In this document: in pieces, positions 40,559 to 50,208 of the stretch
Layout of the letters: each line of letters starts with the position of its first letter
Numbering within the stretch: position 1 is the stretch's first letter
From: Candidatus Ratteibacteria bacterium
Lineage (GTDB): Bacteria; Ratteibacteria; UBA8468; B48-G9; DTJG01
Assembly (NCBI GenBank): GCA_041656495.1
Contig: JBBADJ010000004.1
Span: 84,644-148,643 of the forward strand
Direction of reading: 5' to 3'
Length of the DNA: 64,000 nt
Translations under genes and position numbers: made by a program
Notes under the pieces: generated by a model
Seen by the model: the letters and a program-made list of their open reading frames with translations, nothing else
Databases searched by the model: none
Told to the model about the DNA's origin: nothing

Positions 40559-43453
40559 TTAATCTACTACGATTTCATAAACATGTGTTCCGTACCCTTC
40601 AAAGTTATCAGTGAAAAATTTCCCTGAAGCGTGAAGATTTCTGTCCTCAAATAAAATCTTTATTGCCTTGATATTATTAATCAAAGTAAACTTTACTTTT
40701 ATTGGGTTAGTATCTCCATTTACAGCGATAAGGTATTTTTTTCCTTGATATTTTTTCAACATTGTATAAATTTGGTTGTTCTCTGGCAAGATAGAAATAT
40801 TTCCGCACATACTCCCGTTACTAAGCATTGGAGTAAGCTCATTAATTTCACCAATCGGCAAAACTTGTTTATATCTTTCAAGCTGTCCTCTCCAAAGATA
40901 AGGTTGAAATCCTTTTGCACCATTAACTAAGGCTAAATAGTACATAGCCCTTGATTCTATTTTGTTAGGGTATCTTTTTTCTCCATTTGGTCGTGGATGA
41001 GGGCCAAACTCTTCAGGCATAAACCAAACAGGTTTTTTATCTCCAGAAGCTTTCACGGCATGATTAACCATATCTGCCACTAAAGTAATCGGATGCTTTT
41101 CATGTTTATTTTCAGGATCTCTCTGCCTAAGAAAATCAGGATAGTTGTAAAACGGATACGCATCTGGAAAAAGAAAATCTGAACATCTGGCAAAAACAGG
41201 ATAGGCAAGAGGCCACCAATTAGTAACACCAATAGGTCTATAAGGATCTATCTTTTTAAGAAATTGATAAGCCTTATTGTAAATAACTATGTCACTACCT
41301 ATTTCCGGCTCATCAAAAACCCAACACAAAAGGGCTGGATGCGCCATCATGGCAACTACCCACTTGCCAATTATCTCATAATTGCACTCATACATTGCCG
41401 AACGAGGTATCTCCATGGAAACAAAAAGCCCGTTATCTCTTGCTTCATCCAAATATTTAATGGCATTTTCTAAATTCTGTTCATAACTGAGTTTCTTATC
41501 TTGGAAACCCCAGTGATGAATAAAATTTATTCCTAGTGTTTTAGCCCTAGCAACTTGAGTAGGATAAACTCCATAAAATCCGTTAGGAAAAAAAGGCTTA
41601 TTATTTACTAGAAGTATATTATCCTTTCTTACGTTAACCTTGGTTGAGATATCCTCGGTAAGAGTAAAGTACCATTCTTCTTTAACAAGGTTACCCACAT
41701 TATCTTTAATCTCTAAAATTACTTTATGCAAGCCTCTCTGTAATGGTTCTTTCGGAATGTACTTTATTCCCGTCGTAGTGATTTTCAAATCTTCACTAAT
41801 ATTTTTTCCATTAAGTGACAACTTAATGCTCTCTGTATCAATACCACTACCCTTTTGGTTATCTTGAAAATTGGCCGAAATGATTGGTCTGCTATTACTG
41901 GTAGTCCATGGAAATACATTCAAAATGTACGGAGGAGTTGTATCCTTTGCTTCATTCTTTAAGGTAAAGGAAAAAACAGGTGAATTTAACTCTTTTACCT
42001 CAAAAGAAGAACAAAGCGAAATTCGCCAATAATAAGTACCGTCAGATAATTCTTTCAATGGTCTATAACTATCAGAGAGTAAATCGTTTACTCGAAAAAC
42101 TTCTTCTTTGAAATTCTTATCCTTGGAATAGCACAATTGATAAGAAGGATAAATATCTATACCTGCCCATCTTTTATAGTCAGCCCAATTAATAACTCGG
42201 TTAGTCGGAATTGTCCTTTCCCATGAAAAAAGAGGAAAAGAGGTTTGAATTATACTCTTATTAGAAGGAGAAAGCAGACTTATAAAAAATTGAGACGCAA
42301 CTGCTGGTTCTATTCTAAAAAAACTATACCTTGCTGTAGTAGGTCCATTTGCAGCGTAAAGTCCCACTTCCTTAACTGAAAAAGAAGAAGCAAGCCCCAT
42401 GATAGTATAGTTTTCCCCATCTTCACTATACTTAAAAACAATCTTTTCCTTGTGTTTTTCTATCTGAAAATAGATCTCTGATTGAGTATAGACTACTGGC
42501 GGTAAAGTAGTGAACTTCCCTTCTTGAGGACCTCCACAATTTAGTTCATGCGCTGTCCCGTTATAAGTTCTACTAAACTTAAGCCAATTATTCTCATCAC
42601 TCCAGAAATATATACCGGTTTCTTCCCATGCTTTCTGAGGGAAATAGTCCTTTAGTGCCGTAGTTATAACAAATATATCTTCTTTAATTTCATAGGAAAG
42701 TTTAGGGGCGGTAATATTGTCTTTCCACATCCCTGCTTTTGGGGGTGCTTTTATGGTTAAAAACCCCTCTTTCTCTGTCAAACTATAACTACTCCCCTCA
42801 ATAAAGGAATGCTTCCACTTCCATTCGGACGCAAGAGAAAATTTTCTAAAAGTATCTTCAAAAATAAGACCTTTATCCAAACTTGCTGTTTCAGTATCAG
42901 TAAATTCCACATCATCAAACCAGACTGTGCCAGAAGAATCATAGATTTGTATTAAAATAGAAACTCCGGTTGTCCCAGCTGGAGGGCTTATTTCAGTGGT
43001 ACGAAAGGTCCAATTTTTACTTCCCTGCATATCCAGGTTAAATATTCTTCTGCCCTTTGGGGCATAATGAAAAAAAACGGTTGCTAATCCTCCGCTATAG
43101 CCTTTAAGATTATCACTCTTACACCAAAGGCTGAATTTGTATTTCTTCCCTTCTTCTATTAGAACATTATCGTAGATTAATGCCCCTCTCCCTTGTGTAG
43201 GAGATTCAATGCGCATAGATTGTTTCCCACCGTGATAAACTTCTTTGTCAATTGTAAAACATAAACCTGAAGTTCCGCGCCAATTATGAGTTCTCCAATT
43301 TTCAAGACGGCTTTCACTGTCACTTTTTTCAAATCCAGGATTTTTAATAAGGTTTTCTCCCGCATAAACAAAAGAAAAAAGAGTCTGAAAAAAAACCCCT
43401 GTTAACAACATTATTCTTGTTGTTCCAATAAATCTCTTTCCCTTTTTTTCCAT
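40559..43453 (-). CDS. secreted multidomain glycoside hydrolase (clan GH-A-like catalytic domain) with N-terminal CBM4/9-like module
   Basis: Signal peptide. The N-terminal ~170 aa resemble a CBM_4_9 beta-sandwich. The C-terminal ~350 aa look like a (beta/alpha)8 hydrolase with an EP acid/base motif. The GH family is not assigned. Confidence 0.45.
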   Translation of the reverse strand: MEKKGKRFIGTTRIMLLTGVFFQTLFSFVYAGENLIKNPGFEKSDSESRLENWRTHNWRGTSGLCFTIDKEVYHGGKQSMRIESPTQGRGALIYDNVLIEEGKKYKFSLWCKSDNLKGYSGGLATVFFHYAPKGRRIFNLDMQGSKNWTFRTTEISPPAGTTGVSILIQIYDSSGTVWFDDVEFTDTETASLDKGLIFEDTFRKFSLASEWKWKHSFIEGSSYSLTEKEGFLTIKAPPKAGMWKDNITAPKLSYEIKEDIFVITTALKDYFPQKAWEETGIYFWSDENNWLKFSRTYNGTAHELNCGGPQEGKFTTLPPVVYTQSEIYFQIEKHKEKIVFKYSEDGENYTIMGLASSFSVKEVGLYAANGPTTARYSFFRIEPAVASQFFISLLSPSNKSIIQTSFPLFSWERTIPTNRVINWADYKRWAGIDIYPSYQLCYSKDKNFKEEVFRVNDLLSDSYRPLKELSDGTYYWRISLCSSFEVKELNSPVFSFTLKNEAKDTTPPYILNVFPWTTSNSRPIISANFQDNQKGSGIDTESIKLSLNGKNISEDLKITTTGIKYIPKEPLQRGLHKVILEIKDNVGNLVKEEWYFTLTEDISTKVNVRKDNILLVNNKPFFPNGFYGVYPTQVARAKTLGINFIHHWGFQDKKLSYEQNLENAIKYLDEARDNGLFVSMEIPRSAMYECNYEIIGKWVVAMMAHPALLCWVFDEPEIGSDIVIYNKAYQFLKKIDPYRPIGVTNWWPLAYPVFARCSDFLFPDAYPFYNYPDFLRQRDPENKHEKHPITLVADMVNHAVKASGDKKPVWFMPEEFGPHPRPNGEKRYPNKIESRAMYYLALVNGAKGFQPYLWRGQLERYKQVLPIGEINELTPMLSNGSMCGNISILPENNQIYTMLKKYQGKKYLIAVNGDTNPIKVKFTLINNIKAIKILFEDRNLHASGKFFTDNFEGYGTHVYEIVVD

Positions 43454-43513
43454 TTGCACTGCTCCTTCCTTGATTTTTATTCTGAAAAAGATTTGAATAC
43501 ATAATAAAATGGC

Positions 43514-44143
43514 TTATCTCCAGATAATATCGCTTCCAAACATTTTACCGTCAATATTATAGTGGGTATATTTTTTCCAATCTGAATGTCCATCTATAAA
43601 AAGAATATTGTTCCCTCCGTTATGTGGTCCCTGTGCAACATTAACATATTCTGGATATGCAACATTGAAAAAATCAGTACAGCGCCAAGGATAGTTTCTG
43701 TTAGCAGGATCAATATCTGTCAAAAGCAACCATCTATGTGAATTGTTTACACGATCTATCTTTTTCCGAGATAACCAACGATTCATTGTATAGCCTACCT
43801 GATTTGAATATGAATGTTTTAATACAGACGGACATCGGAAAACAGTGTTTCTTTTTCCAGAAGAATCATGAGAGCCTACATATTTTCCAATATAGTTTCC
43901 CCAGTGATCAGCACCTTCTGTAGCAAGTGGTAAATACCCATTGTTTTCTTGAGTATACATAAAAAAAGCTAAATATAGTTGTTTTAAATTATTCACACAT
44001 ACAACGGTTCTTGCTCTTTCTCTTGCTCGTGAGAGCGCGGGCAGAAGCATTGCCGCTAAAATAGCAATGATCGAAATCACTACAAGGAATTCTATCAAGG
44101 TGAATCCATGTGATTTGCGAGAAATCACTTTTCCATTAAACAT
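43514..44143 (-). CDS. prepilin-type N-terminal cleavage/methylation domain protein with H-X9-DG motif
   Basis: [26 protein letters not shown]-terminus. C-terminal [13 protein letters not shown]. Confidence 0.85.
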   Translation of the reverse strand: MFNGKVISRKSHGFTLIEFLVVISIIAILAAMLLPALSRARERARTVVCVNNLKQLYLAFFMYTQENNGYLPLATEGADHWGNYIGKYVGSHDSSGKRNTVFRCPSVLKHSYSNQVGYTMNRWLSRKKIDRVNNSHRWLLLTDIDPANRNYPWRCTDFFNVAYPEYVNVAQGPHNGGNNILFIDGHSDWKKYTHYNIDGKMFGSDIIWR

Positions 44144-44165
44144 TTTTCACCTCTAAACAGAATGG

Positions 44166-45260
44166 TTACTTATATAATTCGGTTTTTAATCTTAAATACG
44201 GAGAGAGCACTATTTGTGTACTCTTAACTTCCTTTTTTACTATTTTCTCCAATTCTTCAGCAGCAATTTTCCCCAATTCAACGAGAGGCTGTAGTACTTC
44301 GTGTATATATTGTTTTTCTTCATACTTTTGCTCAATTTCATCAAACGTGGCAATCTCTAATTTTGCTGGAAATAAACTTGGGTTCTGTTTTAACCATGGC
44401 AAGATCGCTTCTAAAAACTTCATTCCAGCAACAAGTATGGCTGAGGGTTGATAATCGTCATACATCTTTTCAAATTTCTTATTAAAACCTTCTTTGCTTG
44501 ATAAAAAATCCCAAGCCGCATAACTCTTACTTTCAATTTTTACCACTCCCTCACAGGGAAAATTTTCTTCTATGTTTCCACAGGCTTTCAAAAAACCTTT
44601 AAACCTCTGACGGTAACAAGAAATCTCTTCAATCAATCCAACAAAACCTATTTTTTCATGCCCCTTATTAATAAGGAAATGAGTTATTTCTTCCGCACCC
44701 TTTTCATGGTCGGTGCTAACATAATTAAATTGTTGATTTTTTTCTATTCGATTAATTATAACAATAGGATATCCGATATTCTGTAATTCTTTTATCACTT
44801 CAAAATACTCGGGAAGAGGAAAAATCCACACAATTGCTTCAATCTTAAAGTCTCTGCATTTGCTAAGAAGTTCAGATTTTTGATACGTATATGGAAAAAC
44901 ATGAATACTAATATTGTTCTTTCTAGCATGAATAAGACATCCAGAAATAATAGGGTGAATAAAGGAAACTTCTACATATTCCTGCGGTGGCTGAATAACA
45001 AGCATGTGTAACATTTCAGAGTTCTTGCTTTTATAATTTTTTCTTATAAAGGTACCTTTACCTTGCAATCTAATAACAGCAAATTCTTTTTCAAGTTCTA
45101 CAAGAGCCTTACGAACAGTAATATGGCTAACCGAAAAAAGAGAAGCCAACTGTCTTTCTGTTGGTAATTGTTCTCCTTCCATACCCTTTTCGATCAGTTC
45201 TAAAAGGTAATTCTTAATTTTTTCATAAAGAAAAATCTTACGAGTTGAAAGCTTTTCCAT
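44166..45260 (-). CDS. GntR-family transcriptional regulator with C-terminal periplasmic-binding-protein-like (LacI-type) sensor domain
   Basis: N-terminal GntR HTH (QLPTERQLASLFSVSHITVRKAL). About 360 aa. Confidence 0.65.
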   Translation of the reverse strand: MEKLSTRKIFLYEKIKNYLLELIEKGMEGEQLPTERQLASLFSVSHITVRKALVELEKEFAVIRLQGKGTFIRKNYKSKNSEMLHMLVIQPPQEYVEVSFIHPIISGCLIHARKNNISIHVFPYTYQKSELLSKCRDFKIEAIVWIFPLPEYFEVIKELQNIGYPIVIINRIEKNQQFNYVSTDHEKGAEEITHFLINKGHEKIGFVGLIEEISCYRQRFKGFLKACGNIEENFPCEGVVKIESKSYAAWDFLSSKEGFNKKFEKMYDDYQPSAILVAGMKFLEAILPWLKQNPSLFPAKLEIATFDEIEQKYEEKQYIHEVLQPLVELGKIAAEELEKIVKKEVKSTQIVLSPYLRLKTELYK

Positions 45261-45530
45261 ACTTATATTATATATTATAAATAAAAATAGTCAAGTGTTA
45301 AAATAGAAAGAACAAATGGATTTCGGTTCTGTCAAGATTTTTCTGTAACTTGCCTTCTGTTATGGTGTTATTGTGATAAATTCATGATCTCTGATCTTCT
45401 GTAGCTATGCCTTCTGGCGATACTTCTTTTTCAAGTAGTCTATAGTACCCCTTGTTGTAAGCCTATCCTACAAACATCCCTCTTCTCTATCCTTGATCTA
45501 TTCCCGTAATAGTGAAAACTTCCTCTCTTG

Positions 45531-46280
45531 TTACGGATAGACTGCAGGAGGATCTCTAGGAACTGTTTTATCAGGCCGTGGATCAATCCGTACTGTTCTG
45601 TCAATTACATAGCCGGTCTGGTAGGTGCCTGTCATCATATCATTCATTTCGCAGGGCCTCCACTCTACATGGCCGTCGCAGAAGAGAATATTGGTTCCTC
45701 CATTATGGTTTGCCGCGCTTACATCACTGCGAAGACGGGAAGGTTCCCGTATATAAAATGTCCAAGAGTAGCCGCTGAGAGAGACACAGGCAACAAGAAG
45801 CGTATTTCCCGGTTCTTTCAGATTGCCTGCTTTTATCCATGGATAGGTGTACCAATTAGTTGATACCTGGGGAAGCTGTACATTATATCCATAACTACCG
45901 AAAGATTGAGTAACAGATTGGTGAATTTTATCAGATCCGCACCAGAAGGGAAGATTGCTCCGTTTTGCTACAGGAACTTGATAAGCATAGGTGTAAGCTC
46001 CAAGATATTTTCCATTCCTTTTCACGCCCATTGCTTCGGCGATAAGGTCAAACCAGTAGAAAGCTTGATAATATCTTGAAGGAGGATAAAAATCATCATA
46101 ATCATTATTATAGACCGCGAATCCTATTGCCATCTGTTTCAGATTGCTCATACAGACTGCCTGACGCGCCTTTTCTCTTGCTCGTGAGAGCGCGGGCAGA
46201 AGCATTGCCGCTAAAATAGCAATAATCGCAATAACAACCAAGAGTTCTATTAAGGTAAAACCACTGCATTTTTTTTTCAT
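45531..46280 (-). CDS. prepilin-type N-terminal cleavage/methylation domain protein with H-X9-DG motif (paralogue)
   Basis: [26 protein letters not shown]-terminus. [13 protein letters not shown] near the C-terminus. Shares a 51-bp identical DNA stretch with 43514-44143. Confidence 0.85.
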   Translation of the reverse strand: MKKKCSGFTLIELLVVIAIIAILAAMLLPALSRAREKARQAVCMSNLKQMAIGFAVYNNDYDDFYPPSRYYQAFYWFDLIAEAMGVKRNGKYLGAYTYAYQVPVAKRSNLPFWCGSDKIHQSVTQSFGSYGYNVQLPQVSTNWYTYPWIKAGNLKEPGNTLLVACVSLSGYSWTFYIREPSRLRSDVSAANHNGGTNILFCDGHVEWRPCEMNDMMTGTYQTGYVIDRTVRIDPRPDKTVPRDPPAVYP

Positions 46281-47155
46281 TCATCCCTCCATAGATAGAA
46301 AGAAATTCTTTCTATACATTTATTTTAACTATTGTTTTGGCATCCCTCCTTGTCGCTCAAAAAATGGAAACAAATTATCTTCATCTTTATTTCCTAATAG
46401 AATCGCCTCGCACAATGCAATAGCTCAACTCCTTTCCTGCAGTTACAATCCCTGTTCTACAAGATCTTTTACATTTGCCGGACTTCGGCTCCAAAAGCAC
46501 AATCAAAAGCAATTCAGGAACAATGCTACTTTTCAGCAGAATGGTTATTATGCGAAAGAAAGGAACTCTTTCTATTCCGAAGATTTAGAAGATAATCTCT
46601 TTTTGCGACAACTCTTTTCATTTCTATAACCATTGAATCACCCGTAAAACAGGTCATATTATGGGAAAAAATGTTTTTCAAAGAGAATCTCTCTGACGAC
46701 ATACCATACTTCAAAGTAGTGGCAGTGATACCATGAGAAAAGAGAAGTTTTGTTTGTGGAAAAGTGTAAAAGGGTAGAAGAATAGAAGTGCGAAAAATCT
46801 GGAAACTATGAAAAAAGATAAAGGAAGTAGAGAAAGAGCGAAGCTGAATAACGGAAAAAGAGAATAATGCCTTAATAAAAGAAATACTTTGACTCTCTAT
46901 CTGTCTATGCATTGGCCTCATCCTTTCTGCTTTTATCAGAGGCTACTCGCAATGGCTTCCTTGATAAATTCACTGTACCATGCCAAGAGATTTTGTCAAA
47001 CACCACTGCCCTCATTAGAAATCTATAGGAAAATGTTCGCCTGTAAAAAGAAGCGAATATAAATAAGAGGAAATATCCATACGGATTCCTATTTTTTTAT
47101 CCGATCTGCAGGATGTCTTGTTTCTTATGAAATTCTTAAGAAAAACAGAGAAAAC

Positions 47156-47184
47156 TTGACAATACAATTTTTTGTTAGTATAAA
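47156..47184 (+). promoter_or_regulatory. sigma70-like promoter TTGACA-N17-TATAAA upstream of hicB
   Basis: Read directly from the sequence: TTGACA at 47156-47161 and TATAAA at 47179-47184. Confidence 0.35.
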
Positions 47185-47196
47185 ATAAGAAAAAAG

Positions 47197-47514
47197 GTGC
47201 GATGGGGAGATATGAAAAATAAATATACTTATTATTTTGCTATAATAATAGAGAAGGGAGAAGATGGATATATGTCTTATGCTCCTGGCGTGGGTGGCGT
47301 GTATGAAGAAGGGGCAACAAAAAAAGAAGCTATAGAAAACGCATACAAAGCAGCATGCGCTATTTTAGAAACTCGGATACAACGTAACGACCCACTTACT
47401 GAAAATAATAAATACCTTAGAGTTATAACTTCCGTACCAAACTATAAAGAAATTAATGAGTTTAGTAATATCATTCCTGATGGTTATATTTATACATCTT
47501 TTTGTACCCCCTAA
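47197..47514 (+). CDS. hicB: HicB-family antitoxin (UPF0150)
   Basis: Small protein with HicB-like pattern (YAPGVGGVYEEGATKKEAIENAYKA). Overlaps the downstream hicA-like gene. The start is either GTG 47197 or ATG 47212. Confidence 0.6.
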   Translation: MRWGDMKNKYTYYFAIIIEKGEDGYMSYAPGVGGVYEEGATKKEAIENAYKAACAILETRIQRNDPLTENNKYLRVITSVPNYKEINEFSNIIPDGYIYTSFCTP

Positions 47515-47804
47515 CTATGTTTCCTTTCATAAAAAAAGAATGGAGTAAATCTGAGTGGGGGCAATTAAAAAATCTTACCCCGAAAGATTTAATTACTCTT
47601 CTCAAGAAAGATACTCGTTGGGAATTGGTAAAAACAAAAGGTTCACGTTATATATTTTATAATGTAAAATTGGAAACACCTTACCAATATTTAGAAATTC
47701 ACCACCATAAAAAAGGGTATAGAAACAAAGGTTTACTGAAAAGTATTTTAGATCAATGGTGTTGCACGAAAAATGATTTTAAAAAATGGAATGTAATTAA
47801 ATAG
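47502..47804 (+). CDS. hicA: HicA-like (YcfA family) mRNA-interferase toxin
   Basis: YcfA/HicA pattern LLKKDTRWELVKTKGSRYIF...HHHK...LLKSIL. The canonical GSHH is replaced by GSRY. Confidence 0.5.
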   Translation: MYPLTMFPFIKKEWSKSEWGQLKNLTPKDLITLLKKDTRWELVKTKGSRYIFYNVKLETPYQYLEIHHHKKGYRNKGLLKSILDQWCCTKNDFKKWNVIK

Positions 47805-48002
47805 ATGTTTTACTTATAAAGATTTTGAACCTATTATGCTTGACAAGAGTTTCACAAACCTCATCAGATGAAAATACCTTGATTTTCCTTTCTCCTCTTA
47901 GTTGTTCTTTGGACAACCACTGCTGTAATAACTGCAATTATAGTCCTTTGGATTTTTATAAAATCTTTCTATTGGGATTCTCTACTTAATTAAACCAGTT
48001 TT

Positions 48003-48306
48003 GGGTGGGTGAGGAGATGTTGGCGCCCCTCACTTTCGGAACGTTCGGGGTCGGACACACGTTGGCAATCCTGCCTCTTCGTCGGGTTTCCTGACTTCGC
48101 TCCTTTCAAATCCCCTGAAGGAAATCTTTTTTGGGTCAATGGGAAGAAATAGTTCAAACCTCTAAGATAACCTGTCCGGAGTTTTTGAAGAAGATAAATA
48201 CATTTTGTACATCTATCACTTAAAAGAATAAAATCAGCTCGTGTAACCTCCTCCTCTTTGTAAACTATCCAATCTTCATACACTTACTTCCAATTTCTGT
48301 ATGAGA
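48003..48306 (+). repeat. att-like repeat copy A: tRNA-His 3'-end core (GGGTGGGTGAGGAGA) plus ~290 bp extension
   Basis: Direct repeat of copy B (49935-50183) with a ~65-bp insertion. Contains the hairpin GTGAGGAG / CCCCTCAC. Confidence 0.7.
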
Positions 48307-48522
48307 CTATCTCCTATGCTTAGAGAAAAAGTAGTAGTCTTATAGGTAAAAAAAACTAAAACCACCGAGCTATAAATGTTTCGCTATCTCTTCTTCTCAT
48401 TTTGCCCCCTTTAATACTTTTAAATTATTATACATCTAAAAGCCCTGTCCAGTTTTGAAGACAACTTCATTTTTTCGTCTAAATTTATTATGAGGTAATT
48501 CGTTTTCTTGACAAAAAGAATA

Positions 48523-49140
48523 ATGTCAGTTAAAATATTTAGCAATATGGCTAAATTACTGAATTGGATAAATGCTGAAAAAAAAATAAGAGATTGCGGA
48601 ATTACAATATTCTCTCCTGTTGATCTGAAACGAATATTTGGAGTTTCAGAAGTATCTGTCCGTTTTTTTCTAACGAGATATGTCAAAAAAGGAGCAATTG
48701 TTAAGTTGCGTAACAGCCTTTATACGTTAAATAACAATATCCCTTCAGAGGTTGAGATTGCGAACGCTCTTTATCGTCCGTCATATATTTCTCTTACTTA
48801 TGCACTTGCATATTACCATATTATTCCGGAAATGGTTTACTCTATTACATCAGTAACTACTCTTCCGACAGCAAGATTTAACGCTATAAACAAGGAATTT
48901 CGTTACCATAAAATAAAGGCATCTGTTTTTACTGGATATTCGCCTGTGAAAATTGAAGGCAAAACAATACTTTTTGCATGTAAAGAAAAAGCTTTTGTGG
49001 ATTATCTTTATTTTGTTCTAAGAAAATCCTATAAATTAAATGAAAGAATTGATATTTCTGGACTTGATAAAAAAGAATTAACTAAATATGTTAAATTGTT
49101 TAACAATAAAGGAATAAATGAATTAATTGAGAGGATATAA
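48523..49140 (+). CDS. AbiEi-family antitoxin/transcriptional regulator (type IV TA)
   Basis: About 200 aa with AbiEi-like architecture. Its stop overlaps the start of the AbiEii gene (ATAATG). The track ORF starts at a TTG at 48508. Confidence 0.5.
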   Translation: MSVKIFSNMAKLLNWINAEKKIRDCGITIFSPVDLKRIFGVSEVSVRFFLTRYVKKGAIVKLRNSLYTLNNNIPSEVEIANALYRPSYISLTYALAYYHIIPEMVYSITSVTTLPTARFNAINKEFRYHKIKASVFTGYSPVKIEGKTILFACKEKAFVDYLYFVLRKSYKLNERIDISGLDKKELTKYVKLFNNKGINELIERI

Positions 49141-49865
49141 TGTTAGGTAGAGAGATTATAAAGCAGATGGCTATTCAAAAAAAAACAACTGAGATAAATA
49201 TTGCTCGAGAATATATTCAACATCTATTTTTGTCTTTTTTTTATCAAGAAAGAAAGTCAGAACAGGTGCTTTTTAAGGGCGGAACTGCTTTGCGGATTGC
49301 TTACCTTAGCCCTCGTTTTTCTGAAGACCTTGATTTTTCAGGGTTTAATATAAAAATAGAAGAGTTAGAAACAATATTGATAAATATAATGAGCAAACTA
49401 GATAAAATGGGCGTTATTGTGGATTTATCAGAGAGTAAAAAAACTTCAGGAGGATATATTGGAGCTATCAATGCAGAATTTTCTGGGTATAAGACTCGGA
49501 TACTTCTTGAGGTTTCATTTCGTAAAAGAAAGACAAAAATTGCTGGAGAGCCAATGCTAATAGCGAGTGATTTTCTGCCTCCTTATACAATTTCTATACT
49601 TCCATCTAAAGACTTAATTGATGAAAAACTCTCAGCTGTGTTAACACGGGCAAAGGCGAGGGATTATTACGACCTTTATTTTCTTCTTCGTAAAGGTCTT
49701 ATTACAGTTGAACAGAGAAAGTGTCTTAATAGTATCAAAGAAAAAATAAAAAATGACAAAGTATATATAGAAAAAGAGCTAAAAGATTTTCTCCCTGCTG
49801 ACCAACAAAAACTTATTAGAAATTTTAATGAAATCTTGCTAAGAGAAGTTTCTCAATACGTGTAG
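49140..49865 (+). CDS. AbiEii/AbiGii-family nucleotidyltransferase toxin (DUF1814)
   Basis: Motifs GGTALRIAYLSPRFSEDLDF and RDYYDLYFLL. 241 aa. Confidence 0.7.
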   Translation: MLGREIIKQMAIQKKTTEINIAREYIQHLFLSFFYQERKSEQVLFKGGTALRIAYLSPRFSEDLDFSGFNIKIEELETILINIMSKLDKMGVIVDLSESKKTSGGYIGAINAEFSGYKTRILLEVSFRKRKTKIAGEPMLIASDFLPPYTISILPSKDLIDEKLSAVLTRAKARDYYDLYFLLRKGLITVEQRKCLNSIKEKIKNDKVYIEKELKDFLPADQQKLIRNFNEILLREVSQYV

Positions 49866-49934
49866 TATATGATATCAGTAAACTATATTTTATTTTGCCT
49901 TCCGCTCAAAGACTTGTCTTGTAAAAAAACAAAA

Positions 49935-50183
49935 GGGTGGGTGAGGGGATGTTGGCGCCCCTCACTTTCGAAGCGTTCGGGGTCGGACATCCGCTAGCAA
50001 TCCAGTGGATCAATGGGAGGAGGTAGTTCAAACCTCTAAGATAACCTGTTCGGAGTTTTTGAAGAAGATAAATACATTTTGTGCATCTATCACTTAAAAC
50101 TATAAAATCAGCTCGTGTAGCCTCCTCCTCTTTGTAAACTATCTAATCTCCAACCATTTATTTCCAATTTCTAAAGTATGAGT
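49935..50183 (+). repeat. att-like repeat copy B (tRNA-His 3'-end core plus extension)
   Basis: About 90% identical to copy A. Has the perfect 8-bp hairpin GTGAGGGG-N9-CCCCTCAC. Confidence 0.7.
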
Positions 50184-50208
50184 TTCTCTATTGCCCAATA
50201 TCTATCTT

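Noticed and set aside
46526-46921. 131-aa minus-strand ORF in the gene-free region
   Set aside because: Low-complexity, no start context, no recognisable features. Treated as non-coding.
47995-48283. 97-aa ORF (minus strand) across repeat copy A
   Set aside because: Lies entirely within the non-coding att-like repeat. An artefact of the GC-richer repeat.
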